A DNA stretch of 64,000 nucleotides from NCBI RefSeq assembly GCF_000485595.1, contig NW_014577076.1:533674-597673 (forward strand), given 5' to 3'. Of the stretch, positions 38,816-52,061 are shown piece by piece. Under the pieces are notes generated by a model. That model was not told where the DNA came from. It was given only the letters and a program-made list of their open reading frames with translations, and did not search any database. Numbering within the stretch: the first letter of the stretch is position 1; every line of letters starts with the position of its first letter. The DNA comes from Priapulus caudatus (Eukaryota). A program made the translations under genes and the position numbers.

Positions 38816-40580
38816 TACATAAACAGCGCTTTCTATCAGAACATATGTGGTCATTCATCTGTAAATGTCAATTAAGCAGCATGCTTCGCTTCTGCCAACC
38901 ACAACACATAACAAATACGCGTGACCTGATCTATGACGTCACGTGAAACATCGATATAGTACACAGATGTTGCTATCTATGGTCTTTGGCAATGCAAAAT
39001 TGTATGGTATTGCAAAATTGCGCGTTCATTATTGTAGTATAGTGGCGCCATCCATTGCTGGGTACAATATATCTAGCATATTACAGAAATACCCAGCGTA
39101 TCGGCTGTTTTGATCGGGTTATTTTCTAACACACGTTATATGAGGTTGCTTTGTATATAAGTTAGAATGTTCTGTATAATAACCTACGCACGTTTGCTTG
39201 CGCGAACAAATGTGATTTTAATGCTTATGGGGACACATTCGAGTGTAAGCAAGTTGTACCTCCATGGACTGCCTCTAGTGGTTCCAACAGAAAATAAATG
39301 TTTGAATATTTTGAAGTATATATAACGAGGATTTTCAAGAGAAAATGTAAACTTTTACTTGTTTGTAGTTTTAAAACTTTTCTCATGAATATGATAAAAT
39401 TAAATTAACGACAAGTTGACAATTTTTTCACATGGATTGTAAAACACAGGCACACACACGCACACGCACACGCACACGCACACGCACACGCACACGCACA
39501 CACACACACACACACGCATGCACGCAAACACTATAGAGTGCGTTTCACCACCACGCCTATGCGCTTCTTTTGCTTGGGCGTTTAGTTGCATACATGCTAT
39601 ATACGTGTCCTGGCGATGTGTGCATGCTTATTTCTAATTGCAAAGCTAATCAAATTTCTACAACAATTGAACGCTGATTATAAGTTTTTATTTTAGGCTG
39701 TCACACATTATTTTCCTCTTGGCAAGTGCACACGACCGTCTTTTATCGATCAGTCTTCGTGATCTCAGTCCATGGCCCCATATTGTTGTTAGATTTGCAA
39801 ACCTACTAACGATTACCCGGCTGAGCTTATTGCTGGTGACTGTAGCACGCAATAAGTAATATTTCACCAAATGCGCCTGATCGTAAAAGCATATAAATAA
39901 TTACGTGCCTGTGACTGTGCGCGCGCGCGTGTGTGCGTGCGTGCGTACCTGCGTGTGCGTGTGTGTAAGGATGCATGTGTGCGTGCATGTACGTGTCTTA
40001 ATGTGTGTACGTGCGAGCATGTAAGCGTGTACACACACTGTTTATTTACGTGCGACCGACTATTGCAAGAGTGACGACAGTTCCACGAAGAACCTTCCCA
40101 AGCCGATCTGCACAATCTCAATAGACATCTAACAACGAAACAAAGTACGTGTACACGGATGGTGAACGAAAACAATCGGCAAAACAATGCCCTGTGGGGC
40201 GCAATGCTCGTATAGTGTTCGTGTGTATCCAATTATAGTACGGGCAAACAATAGCAGCCGATGAAACACCGTTGCCCCCACAGACATATCCGCTCCCGTT
40301 ATAGCTATCTCATTCGCAGCTTTATCAGGCCATCATGTGTGCTGTATTCGCTAGCAAGCGGAATAGCCGCAACACCTTGATCGGACGCTGTTTCTCTAAT
40401 GAATATGCAACTGAACGCGCTAACAATCGCTCGCCCGACATCCGTCACCGAGGAGGCCCCCTAGAGAACTAAGAGTTACGTCAGAGGGATTTACTTCACG
40501 TATAGGCTTTTATCACAAGGTCGGCGTGTGAAATACGTCTAATAAGAGAAATCCTGGTCGCCATATCGCCTTTCCGATGC

Positions 40581-40588
40581 TATATAAG
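40581..40588 (+). promoter_or_regulatory. Putative TATA box of the pentraxin gene
   Basis: TATATAAG about 100 nt upstream of the pentraxin ATG at 40684. Confidence 0.5.
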
Positions 40589-40683
40589 CCTCTACTAGCG
40601 TAGCTGCGAAGCATTTCATCGCCCAGCGCTGTTGCTGACCGGATAAGTTACCATCTTCAGTCGACTGAGCTATTACCATAACC

Positions 40684-40732
40684 ATGACGAACATTCAACG
40701 CTCTCTGACAGCAGCTACCGTAGCTTTCATTG
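40684..40732 (+). CDS. Short pentraxin (CRP/SAP-like), exon 1 of 4 (start of signal peptide)
   Basis: accATG, MTNIQRSLTAATVAFI, then a G|GTAAGT donor (phase 1). It joins exon 2 in frame to give a signal peptide ending ...AMLHATRA-S. Confidence 0.8.
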
Positions 40733-41202
40733 GTAAGTTTACTTTTAAATTCATGCAGTATTTATAGACGATCTTGCTTAACCACGTGGGCTCAACCTAG
40801 TTTATGTGATAAAATATAACACTTCGAAGTGTGACTCCTTACGTCGGCGCTTGCGCATTTTATTGTAGAAATTTATATTATTGCCATCTCTCTCTTTCGC
40901 ACACCCAGTATGATGCAGTTTTTCAATATCCATGTGAATGAGAGCAAATCCAAAGAAGATATTGATACTTTCTAAAAATATCTCAGCTGTATATATAACT
41001 TGTCGGTTATCTGAGCAATGAAATCGAATTTGAATAAAACTTCATACTGCTTTCTCAAATGGTAATGTACGCCTTTCGCCTACGTGTGCGCGAGCAGAGC
41101 GAGTGAAAAGCTGACTACTTGCCAATGAATAGAAACGAGACCAATTCTTAGTTACATGAGCGCTATCATATGATAAGATGACGGTCGGGCGTATTTTCGC
41201 AG

Positions 41203-41449
41203 CTATGCTTCACGCTACACGTGCGTCGTTCGACCTTGGTTGGACGACGAAGGACACCGAGAGCTATGCTATATTTCCGGCTGCAATTCCGGAACTCAGC
41301 GAATTGTCCGTCTGCTTTTGGATGCGCACCACGGACTGGGACAGTGAGCTAGTCGTGCTGTCATACGCCACCCCAGACAACGACAATGAAATAGTCATAT
41401 ACCTACCTGGGGAAGACAAGATCCGTTTTTACGTGGCCGGCCAGTACAA
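41203..41449 (+). CDS. Short pentraxin, exon 2 of 4
   Basis: ttttcgcag acceptor; encodes ...LSELSVCFWMRT...VVLSYATPDNDNEIVIY (pentraxin TVCxW, SYA and DNE motifs); AA|GTGAGT donor (phase 2). Confidence 0.9.
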
Positions 41450-41940
41450 GTGAGTGAATGTGCAAATACTGCTATTTATATGTTTTTATACGAAGCAAAT
41501 GAGAAGACATATGTGTAAGGCCATGCGTAAATATTTTTTTTACAAATCTTCGATCTACGACTTATATGAAAATATAACAGGCCCGTAGCCAGGGGGGGTT
41601 CGGGGGGTTTGAACAACCCCCCCCGCGAGCCCCCCCAAGCAATGTTTTTCTTTTTATTTGCAAGAATTTCACCTGCAGTCGTCGCTCCATTTTAGTGTAA
41701 TAAGTGGCAAAATCTCATCTTGGCGGGAGGGTGAACAGTGAACACCCTCCCACACCCTCCCCCCCCTCGCGTTGGCCTCCCTCGCCTGGTCGCTGCGCCC
41801 GCCCGGCAGTGGCGTGTAACAGGGGGGTCCAGGCGAGTCCGCGACCCCCCCCCCTTGCTCGCGCAGAAAACGCATCTGAGGGAATGTAATTTTAAAAAAT
41901 TTCTGGGGGATGGCCATTATATCTAACTTCTTTTTCGCAG

Positions 41941-42082
41941 AGAAGCGGTAGCTAACGTACGTGACGGGCGTTTCCATCAGATCTGCATGATTTGGCGGAA
42001 ACAGCTCGGCAACTGGGCGATCTATATCGATGCATCCCGCGCATCAGCTGGCATCGGGTTAAGCTCCGGCGTAACAATAAAG
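41941..42082 (+). CDS. Short pentraxin, exon 3 of 4
   Basis: tttttcgcag acceptor in compatible phase; encodes EAVANVRDGRFHQICMIWRKQLGNWAIYIDA (DG.WH.IC..W....G.W.IY.DG motif); AAG|GTAGGT donor (phase 0). Confidence 0.88.
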
Positions 42083-42230
42083 GTAGGTGACGACGGAAAG
42101 GTAACCTGGTATACTTGTGCTAACCAATGCGCTTACGATAATTATACGCAGTCTTCGTTCCCGGAAATTCCGAACTATCCAACGTGATTACACAGATCAT
42201 GTTCTTGGAAATTCCGAATTACCCATCGTC

Positions 42231-42366
42231 GTTTTCATTGCATCCCGGCTCTGTTCATATATTATATGCCAGTTTCTCTCGCGGAATTGGAGTTTACCTC
42301 GTAAAACATATCTTAATCGCATCTTAAAAGATTACTCTCGATCAAACTGTAATCGTATGTATATTG

Positions 42367-42424
<58 letters not shown>

Positions 42425-42457
42425 ACGTACACACAAACACACACACACACAACACAC

Positions 42458-42518
<61 letters not shown>

Positions 42519-42763
42519 GTTTTCATTGCATCCCGGCTCTGTTCTCAGAAACTTCATAATATGATGTTCATATAATTATTATATGCCAGTTCTCTCGCGA
42601 ATTGGAGTTTACCTCGTAAAACATATCTTAATCGCGCGCCATCGTAAAGATCATTCTCGATTCAAACTGCAAATCGTAGTATATTGTAACACACACACAC
42701 AACACACACACACACACACATCACCACACACACACACACACACACACCACACACACAGTACAC

Positions 42764-42801
<38 letters not shown>

Positions 42802-42874
42802 ACATACACACACACACCACATACACACACACACCGCGCACACACACACACACACACACACTACACACACATAC

Positions 42875-42940
<66 letters not shown>
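42231..42940 (+). repeat. Two tandem ~140-170-bp units, each followed by (CA)n, in pentraxin intron 3
   Basis: gttttcattgcatcccggctctgttc...gaattggagtttacctcgtaaaacatatcttaatcgc occurs at ~42231 and ~42518. Confidence 0.8.
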
Positions 42941-42946
<6 letters not shown>

Positions 42947-43096
42947 ACAGTAATTATTATATATATAATAATAGTAATTATATATAACAGAAAAACAAAA
43001 TGATATAAAGAAACATAATCAATTGCTCGTATTCGTCCATCAAGACATAATAGAAGAAAGAAAAACTTTCCCAACAACCGAAAATCGTGTTTATAG

Positions 43097-43435
43097 GACG
43101 ACGGTGTGCTAGTCATCGGACAGGAGCAGGACGAGTTGGCAGGCGACTTCGACTACAACCAAGCATACATCGGCGAACTGAGCGACCTTAACGTCTTCAA
43201 CCGGAGCCTCACCGACAACGAGGTCAACGTCATGTCGCGAACGTGCTACTACGATGGCGGCAACGTTCTGAGATGGTATGACGTCAGGGGTGGTCTCCGT
43301 GGCAACCCCAAGTTCTACTCGCCGACCGCCTGCCAAGGGTTTGACGGAGAGATGATTAATCGCAATGCAGCGCCAGTGCGCACGAAATCCTTCCTAGCCA
43401 GCGACCATTACAACCGCAACGGCGGTGCTATTTAA
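43097..43435 (+). CDS. Short pentraxin, exon 4 of 4 (spliced CDS 777 nt, 258 aa)
   Basis: tttatag acceptor; encodes DDGVLVIGQEQDELAGDFDYNQAYIGELSDLNVFNRSLT...GNVLRW, the canonical pentraxin GQEQD Ca-binding loop and C-terminus; TAA at 43433-43435. Confidence 0.92.
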   Translation, partial: DDGVLVIGQEQDELAGDFDYNQAYIGELSDLNVFNRSLTDNEVNVMSRTCYYDGGNVLRWYDVRGGLRGNPKFYSPTACQGFDGEMINRNAAPVRTKSFLASDHYNRNGGAI

Positions 43436-43612
43436 CGCACACAACTACCGCCAATGTTGAAATATCGAACGAGCGAGAGAGTCGCTATTACATGTAATGG
43501 CAAGGTTGGTAAACCGACTAGAGTGCTCAGAAATGACGTTTCCATAAAAAGTGGCAATTCAAATATGTTGTGTATGAAATATTATATTATATTATAGCAT
43601 ATTATAGGAATA

Positions 43613-43661
<49 letters not shown>

Positions 43662-44383
43662 TTACATTACATATATATATATATATATATGTGTGTGTAT
43701 ATGATATAAGTAAAACGCACGGACACAAATGAAGATAATATAGCTGAATGAAAGTATTTAAATATAAAAATCGAATGAGGTGTTGGAGGGTGGAGGAATG
43801 AGATTTTTTTATATTTACCACATACTACAGTGAGCCAATTATGAGGTTATGGTGTAATAATTTAATTTATGTATATTATTTTTGATGATTAAAATTAGTG
43901 TAGGTATACAATTGAGTCGAGCTCATGTCTTTCCTAGCGATCTCTCCTCACTTCAGAGAATAACATAGCATATAAATCAGAAGTAGATAATAGGAAATAA
44001 TAGATGATATATATTGTGTAGTTGAACTCGTAGAATATCTATTAAAATAATAAAGCTTATGCACTATGTAATTGTAAGATAGTTACTATCACAAGAAAAC
44101 AATTATAATTTAGGTTGCATTCTAGTTCACATCGATATACAACAATCAAAATTACCAGGTTATATTGATGTCTAATAATCCTCTATTATTATTATTTTTT
44201 AAATAATAAATGAGCTATTTGTAGTACATATCAATGAAAATATGTTCGATTTATAAGTTATAGTTGCTGAAATTATGAACTGTAATGACAACGTCTATTA
44301 ACATAATACAAAAATAACACAACGCAAAAAAATAAGACAAGGCCGCTAATGTGCTAAGCGGTAAATGCTCGTTCGACAGAATC

Positions 44384-44962
44384 TCACACTCCGACGAACT
44401 TACTAAAAAATGTCAAGAAAAATTGCTTAGCTTCCTCATTGCCCTTAATCATCGTGCTCCACAGGTGAAACGTGTACGCCCCGCGTACGGCCTGTCGCAG
44501 GGACTGCTCGCTGAGCGTTGACATGTCGAACATGTAGTCTATAGGGTAAAACAGCGAAGCTCCGTAGACGAATATCGCTGATTGTGGAGCATCCGCAATC
44601 CGCCGCGCGCTCGTAGGGTCGTCTAAGCGTATCGCATTGTTCGGCTTCTGTTTCCACCACGCTGTGACGCAGTCTGTTAGTAATCGAGGTCCCAGAGCAT
44701 TGCTGAGCCTTGCGTTGTAGTAGCCTGGTATCTGCCCGATCACGAAACGGATGAACGGGTGACCTTTATCGAAGATCATTAAGGCGTTGTTGACGAAATC
44801 TTCGTCTTGGAACCCTAAACTATTGCTGAATCCCGCTAGATGGCGCAGGATGATTATGTCCGTGTCTAAATAAATGCCACCGAATTTGTAAACAAGAACG
44901 AGCCGAGCGGAATCTGCAATATGATATTTTCTTGTTTTTCGTGAAGATTTCGTGAAAAGTTC
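44384..44962 (-). CDS. GT32 alpha-1,4-glycosyltransferase, exon 2 of 2 (337 aa in total)
   Basis: ttttccag acceptor; open frame ...HIADSARLVLVYKFGGIYLDTDIIILR (DxD motif)...VNNALMIFDKGHPF...GPRLLT...FYPIDY...TFHLWS, all GT32/Gb3-synthase hallmarks; TGA ends at 44384. Confidence 0.9.
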   Translation of the reverse strand, partial: ELFTKSSRKTRKYHIADSARLVLVYKFGGIYLDTDIIILRHLAGFSNSLGFQDEDFVNNALMIFDKGHPFIRFVIGQIPGYYNARLSNALGPRLLTDCVTAWWKQKPNNAIRLDDPTSARRIADAPQSAIFVYGASLFYPIDYMFDMSTLSEQSLRQAVRGAYTFHLWSTMIKGNEEAKQFFLTFFSKFVGV

Positions 44963-45276
44963 CTGGAAAATAATAATGAATTGTGTCGGTTGAACAACTG
45001 CAATGCCAGAATAGGTCAGGCAGCAACGCGCTACGCATATTCACACACACGCACTCACGCGCGTATCAAATCTCCTTGCAAGCACGCACGCACACATACG
45101 CACTCACTCGCACTCACTCACACGCACGCACGCACGCACACACGCGCGCACGCACGCGCACGCGTGCACACGCATTAACATAGATATGTGATACGTGTAT
45201 ACATACTTCTGGTATACATGTATATATGTCTCAGTGCGCACGCGTGTGACTTTTTTTCGTAGGTTATATATCTTAC

Positions 45277-45711
45277 TGTAGAGATCGGCAGACCCGCGAA
45301 CAACTCTGTCAAGTCGAGGGCTTTGTATTGAACGTTGCACTCGAACCTCGGCGGTTCGTTGCGAAATTTGTCGGCGTCTAGTATCCAGAAATGTACATCG
45401 GCGTCTGGATGGAACCTGCAGACGCTTCTCACAGCCAGTGCTGCAACTTCCGGCAGTACATCCGCGTTCGTGGTCCACACGAGATGAAACAACAGACGCT
45501 GCCTGCTCTCCCCATCGCTTGCGTTTCTGATCGCGTCCGCACTGACGTGGCCTGTCCCTATGTTGTGAGCAGCAAAGCCTTCGCCGATTTCCCTCTTCCT
45601 GGCATATGCGACCAACGTAATTCGTACGAATATGGACACGATTAAAAGGGTAGTGCACACGGAAAAAACTTTCACCCAGTTAGTTCTCCATCGTAACGGA
45701 TAGACAGCCAT
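45277..45711 (-). CDS. GT32 alpha-1,4-glycosyltransferase (A4GALT/A4GNT-like), exon 1 of 2
   Basis: Type II membrane topology (VKVFSVCTTLLIVSIFVRITLVAYA), then FHLVWTT...AALAVRSVCRFHPDADVHFW. The ACA|GTAAGA donor follows 145 codons (phase 0). Confidence 0.85.
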
Positions 45712-46754
45712 ACTCGTTATAAGTCCAGCCTATATCTGGCTGCAAACCAAGCGCGCGAAGCGTGTCTGGACGAGCATGTTGTGTGTAGCGAACCATGCAA
45801 GCTATTCAGTCACCGGCAATCGCGGGAAACTTGTTCTGTGACCGCGTGCGGTAAAATGTGAGGGTCATCGCACTTCGGGTAAACATTTGAGAAAATCCTC
45901 ATCTTCACGAGGACTCCCTAGTAACAGTTACGCAAATTAAATTTATGTGTAGCGACCAATTGGATACTGTGTCATATATATTTCTAAGCAGCTCTATCAC
46001 CCGCCTCCCATTTACACGCGCGCCCAGACATACACGCGCAAACGCAAATGTGATCCGTACAGTTGGCGTAGAGTTATCTCTATAGCTCGCTACAGAGTAG
46101 ATCAATTTTTCTTTTTCATTAGTCTTCCTAATGAAAAACTAGCTGTCAACGTTTTTAAAAATTGTGAAGAGGCGATCGATATATTCTTCTAATATTGGAA
46201 ACCTTTCTACTAATCACTGATCATTGTTGTCGATCGTGACTATACATACAGGGGGCCTATATGTGCAACTTTATAAGAAAGATAAGGTATCTAAACAGGT
46301 AGCACATCTTTTAACAATATATCAAACGTGTTTATAACTTGTTATATACTTTATTGTTGCCTTAAGCGCATACATCGGCATCTGTTCTGTAAACCAGCTG
46401 GGGAAAACATATACTCGATCTCTCTTCCCAGATGACTTAAAATTAGTTGTGGGCTTCTGCGCCCATTTCTTTACTACTTTACGTGTTAATATCAGTAGTG
46501 GAATTAGCGCAGTAATACAGTCCTTCTTTGCCACTCTTCTCCCTTTTCATCTACTGTTCTCTTCATACCTTGTCGCATTTCCTTACTTCATTATATCCTT
46601 CTAGTCTCCTTTCGCTGTTTGTCATTTATTCTTGTTCTCTACAACGGCTGATTGAGTAATATAATGGTTATTTGCGATGGGCGTTATTTTACAGTACTTA
46701 CTAACGTTACTTAATTGTCCCTCACATTGCCATTTGCTTATTCCCCTCTACTAC

Positions 46755-46872
46755 CTCTCTCTCTCGCGCGCTCTCTCTCGCTCTCTTGCTCTCTCTCGCT
46801 CCCTCCCTCTTTCTCTCCCTCACTCTCTGTCTGTCTGTCCTTCGCTCTTTCTCTCTCCCCCTCTCTCTCGCG

Positions 46873-46935
<63 letters not shown>
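46755..46935 (+). repeat. (CT)n microsatellite between the divergent GT32 and KIF13 starts
   Basis: Direct inspection. Confidence 0.95.
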
Positions 46936-46938
<3 letters not shown>

Positions 46939-47452
46939 ATAACACTTTCATTCATTCTTACTAAATAAATATAAATAAATACTACGTTTCACTCCCTATG
47001 CTATGTTTACGTTATCGCCTTTCACGTCATTTTGTATTTCCAACTCGCAAATATTCCGTGTATTAACGCTCACTCACAGTCACATGTTCTCCCATAATCT
47101 TGCATTTTCTTATTACGTGTCAACTGTGATGCTAATAATAAGCATGCCAAACGGGCTATAAGTAGCTGCAAACTAGTCGTAATTTTCAGCTGCTGCCCGA
47201 AAGTTAGCATTTCGCGCCGAGGTGTGGCGCATTGATCGCCGAGGGCAAAGCATTTGAAATTACGTCATCGTAAACCCGTATGTTAGCATGGCGGCATCGC
47301 AATTGGTAGCGCGACAGCTCCATTCAAGTCAACATTTTGTGGTTTATTAACAATTCTGTATAGCGAAATGCTGTGAAACGTTGTAAACAGATCCAGTTGC
47401 GTCCGGCGGAATACGGAAGTCTATATAAAGATAATCAGCATTAACTTGAGTT

Positions 47453-47504
47453 ATGTCTAGCAAAGTGAAAGTAGCCGTTCGAGTACGGCCCTTCAGCCGC
47501 AGAG
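47453..47504 (+). CDS. KIF13: Kinesin-3 (KIF13A/B-like), coding exon 1
   Basis: Encodes MSSKVKVAVRVRPFSRR followed by G|GTGAGT (phase 1). This is the classic kinesin motor N-terminus. It is absent from the ORF track because it is too short. Confidence 0.88.
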
Positions 47505-49128
47505 GTGAGTCTGTTTTGATTTTACTTCTACAACTTACAAGTTATGCGTTTGGTGTCAGTCGATAAGAATAGTATGATAACAACAATGAAATCTCCTAAA
47601 AATATCCTAGGAATCGAGATAGCGATTCCGGCACGTGACTTCAAAATGAGGAACATATGGAACGTCATAGTTGCTCTAAACTTTACGTAAACCAACAACA
47701 ACGTACGTAGGTTACTAGGTAGGCCTACCGTACACTTTCCGCCGTGACATTCGCAATCCAGTTATTCCTTTCTAGCCAGTAGCGAAATGGAAACTTCTGC
47801 AACTACAATCCGCAGGTTTAATTAACGATGTTATCGCCCTTGGTCCTTTATTCTTCGGTATATGTTGGCTGAAGAATAGTTTTTGATGGTAGCAATGTAC
47901 GGTTATATTACCAGCTAATAATAGTAATAACATCTTGATGAGTCATTCGAAAGGCATTTGTGTATTATTTTCACTGCTGGTACATAACATTTAAGGTTGT
48001 GTAACTATTTTGTAGGTTGATATCAATACAGCAAGAGAATATACAGCTAGCACATTAACTAGTGACTTATGTTATGTTATGATCTCGTACTTGTCTGTGT
48101 CCACTGCACTGGATAGTGACAAGGTAGTGAGGTACGAAGAGTCGTTGTCGTATAATGGCGTATAATATGTACCTGAGGTAACTAGGGGCCTAACTATCTG
48201 ATATGGTTAGGGTTAGGTAGTAGGCGTAGGCGACATACTCGCCGACACCTCGTGTACTACATATATATGACAACGACCCCTTCAGCGGTAGTGAGTGCTG
48301 CCTTCAGGGATGAACCCAATGTGGGTAAAAAAGTGGGTTCGTGTGCATGTGGGAGTGAAGCCTTGACTTGAAAGTGTCAACGTCAGTTGCTTCCACAACA
48401 CCCACGACTAGGTTGTTCCAGATTGGAATCATCCGGGGGAAAAAAGAGAATTTAAATGCGTTGTTGTTGCAGTGCAAGTGCCGAAATTTGTCGGGTTTTT
48501 CGATCTGGTACTTGACACCCCAGGGTTCAGATATCTGTTCACCGGTAGTGCTATGAGATGGTATACAACGTTATACATCACGTTATATGCATAGTTACTT
48601 TTCAGTAACTAATAAATTATAAAAAAATTGGTGACACTGATAGATATATTTATTATGCTAGTTGTTCAGCTGGCAATCCATCTCCAGATATCTTTGTGAG
48701 GAATCTTGCAATTAATGAAACGGATACATAGTAGACTTGCACTTCGCTGTCACAATTAATAATAAGGTAATATGACCTCAATCAATAAACAGTGGTCTGA
48801 TACATGTAAGTGCATGTGTACAACAGGCGTAATTGTATGATAAGTAATTAAATATAGCCAACTAAGTTATAAGGCTATTAACACTAGATCATGTAAAATG
48901 TATAAATTTATCCTAAGTGCATGCTATGCAAGAAGGTCCATGTATATATAGCTTTGTTACCATTAATATTCTGTGCTATTAACTTGTGGTTTTCACCAAT
49001 CAGCAGTAAGCCTGCGTGATTGTGTAACAATTATGACTAAGATAATAGTCACCACTCACCAGGGCTCGCATTCATTTTCTGCTATTTCTTTAAGAAATAT
49101 TTATGCTCTGGGCACTGCTCATTTTCAG

Positions 49129-49234
49129 AGTATGAGCTTGGAACAAAGTGTGTTGTGGATATGGTAGCAGATGGTGGAACGCAGCAAGTTGTTCTGTATC
49201 ATCCTTCCTCATCCTCTGCTAAAGCTGGAGACAG
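49129..49234 (+). CDS. KIF13: Kinesin-3 (KIF13A/B-like), coding exon 2; the gene continues downstream
   Basis: attttcag acceptor, phase-compatible with exon 1; encodes EYELGTKCVVDMVADGGTQQVVLYHPSSSSAKAGDR, resembling KIF13 E.EL.TKCVV.M...Q.VL.P; AG|GTTAGT donor. Confidence 0.85.
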
Positions 49235-51308
49235 GTTAGTGGACTTCGCACATAACATAATATATATTTAAAAATAATGTAACCTCAGTATTTATGAATT
49301 AGTTACAATTTTTCAGGGTAATAGTTGCAAGTTTTGGTCCTTATGCTCCAGATAATTCACTATAGTATGTGGCTGTTTTATTTCAAAGATAAACGTGTGT
49401 TCTAAACATGTATAAGACTTGTGATACTTAAGCTAAATTTCAAGCAGCCCTGTCAGGTATGTGTACACTATGAGAAAGTGCCAATGTAGCCTGATAGACC
49501 ATCACTTTTGTCTACCCAGAATATCTTATTCCTAGCTGTAGTAAACCTTGACACTCTGACTGAATAAATGACAAATTGTGTCCAAATATGTGAGTAATAT
49601 CTTTTACTTTGATGAATTTAGTGTGTTATAATTGAAGTCTAGAGAGTGATATTAATGGATTCAATTCACTTTCAAGTTTTGTCACTGTATCGTGCGTGAA
49701 ATTCACGGGAGTCCGGAGTCAAATACTCCCAGATTTACTGTCGGACTCCCTGATTTGATGTATGCAGGAATCTGTGTGACTCCCTGAAATTTCTGCCATA
49801 CTACCTAGTTCATTCCAGAGCACGGCCTCGTGGAAATACCGTATTTTTTCAGCTAATATCCAAAGAAAATTTGACAGACGTGCAACCGCATGAATCTTAA
49901 AAATAAGCATATATATGCGTTATTGTTAAAATATCTTTAATTTTGAACCTCAGACTGCGGACTCCCTCTTTTTGAGGGTGGGGATCGAGTCTGTTGCATT
50001 CCCGTGTTCAAATATTAATTTCTACCCCTGTTACATAATATTTCTTCTATTCCCTGTTATTTAATAATTCTTCAAGATTGACTAAAGGAACATGCAGTGA
50101 AGATCTTTGCACGTTAAAAACAGAATAGTGATTTTGGTATTGCACTCACTCTTGCGCATGTGTGAAGTGGCACTATGTATCACTATCATATGCACATGCA
50201 CTGCACATGCACTGCACATGCCGTGTTTTCTTTAAATATGCAGCGCAGCACTGAGTCTGATGCAATAAAATTAGACAACTCGAGCATCTTTATTTGTGGT
50301 CCATTCTCATGGCTGTGCCCTGTAGTGCCTTCATGTGGAGATTTCATTAAAACGTTTGGATCAGAGAAGCTGCTATTGATTTTATCAGGAGCTCATAATA
50401 GAGATTATTATCTCTTATTATCTCTATTATAAGCTCTTGATTTTATCTATGATTATATTATTTTCCATCTGTAGTCTACATGCATGTGGTCATAAACCCT
50501 TGTTTTCACCTGTCAAGTGAATCCCTTGATTGGTTAAACACATACACACAAGCATTTAATTAGATCTGTTCACACTAGAATAAAAGGTGAAAATTAAACT
50601 GCTCAAAGGTCATCATTATACACCATACGTAACAGTGGTATGCGGAATTTTCAGCAGAGGTTATTCTACATAATCGGATTATTTGCTAGACCGAGTATTA
50701 ATGTGTAATTAAAGATGTGTGTGTTGATTCTTAGAAACAGTTACTGTTAATTACACAGGATTACTAACGAATACTTTCTATAATACATGGTGGTTCTCCA
50801 TCACCAGGCATTGTTTTCAATCATCATTTATTCTTCTTGATCACCAGTTATTACTATTAGTCACTGGTTATTGCTCTTTTAAATTACCATTTATTGTTCT
50901 TTACACGAATTACCATCTTTTGCATGGTAGAATATATGTGCAAACTAGCACGTACAGGTTTTAGCAGCAAATCACATTTTTAGATATAATTAATATAAAA
51001 TGCATCACATAATATGGGATAATAACTCGGACCAATATTGTTGAATTTTTCCGTTTTATTTTTGCAGTCATTATCGTGTTGACATAACTGGCTTTCAAAT
51101 GAATTAGCTTATTATTGTGTTGCAAACATTTATCTGTACGTTTATTGGTTATGGTAGCGTCTTCTCACGAAAGCTATAAAGCTTATTCCAGAGGATTAAA
51201 ATCCAGCTCAGCTGATGTACTGTAAAATTTGGAAAGGGATTTTTTCCGTTTGTTTTGATCCCCCAGCAAATGCGAAATATTATAGAGCTACAAAATTGTG
51301 AGTTGCTT

Positions 51309-52061
51309 AGGCCTAGCGCAGACTTGCGACTTTTTCATGTAACTCGGCAGCGATTCTAGAATCGCAGTCGAAATTGCTGTGAAATCGCTACGTTTGCGGG
51401 AACGTGTAACCGCATGCAACCCGTAGCGATTCTGGTCGCTTGCAACGAGTTCCAAGAAATCAAACTGATTTGATTTTCAGCAACTCGCCGCTCGCAATCG
51501 CTACGAAATTCGAAATCGCATGTCTGCGGGTAGACAGCGACTTGCAACGAAAATTCTCGTCTGACCAATCAGCGAGCACCATCTCATCACGTGAAAATGT
51601 GTGTTTTTATGTACATGTATGTCTCTATTTGTCGGAGCTGCAACACTGAAATAATCATACCTTAAATATATAAAGGCCTGCGTATGAAGAGTTATATATA
51701 TATAGAATATATAACTCATAATTTAGTTATGATTTATAATACTATATAATTATTTCTTATTTATCATAATATCATATAGCTTATAGGCATACTAATATAT
51801 TGTCTCATTGGGTCAATTTTCTACCACATGATTGAATGTTTTTGGGTGAGTTATGGCAAATCGATTTTTTAATAGTGGAATGGCCCTATACAATATGAGA
51901 CTCCATCTAGTGTTAGTGGCATGTAAACTAAAACATTGTCATTGAACAAAACAAGTCATGGAAAGACAACAGCTGTCGCTTGCGTTGAGGCGTGCGACCG
52001 ATCGCTTGCGGTTGCAGGTTGCAGCAACGAGCAACCAAAAATTGCAGGTCTGCGCTAGGCT
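51309..52061. mobile_element. Harbinger-like MITE
   Basis: Terminal inverted repeats aggcctagcgcagac ... gtctgcgctaggct, with internal gtcgc/tgcaac motifs. Confidence 0.55.

Noticed and set aside
38152..38946. ORFs of 130-186 aa rich in HART or CVRA (also 29715-30022, 42313-43116, 46677-46968)
   Set aside because: Microsatellite translations.
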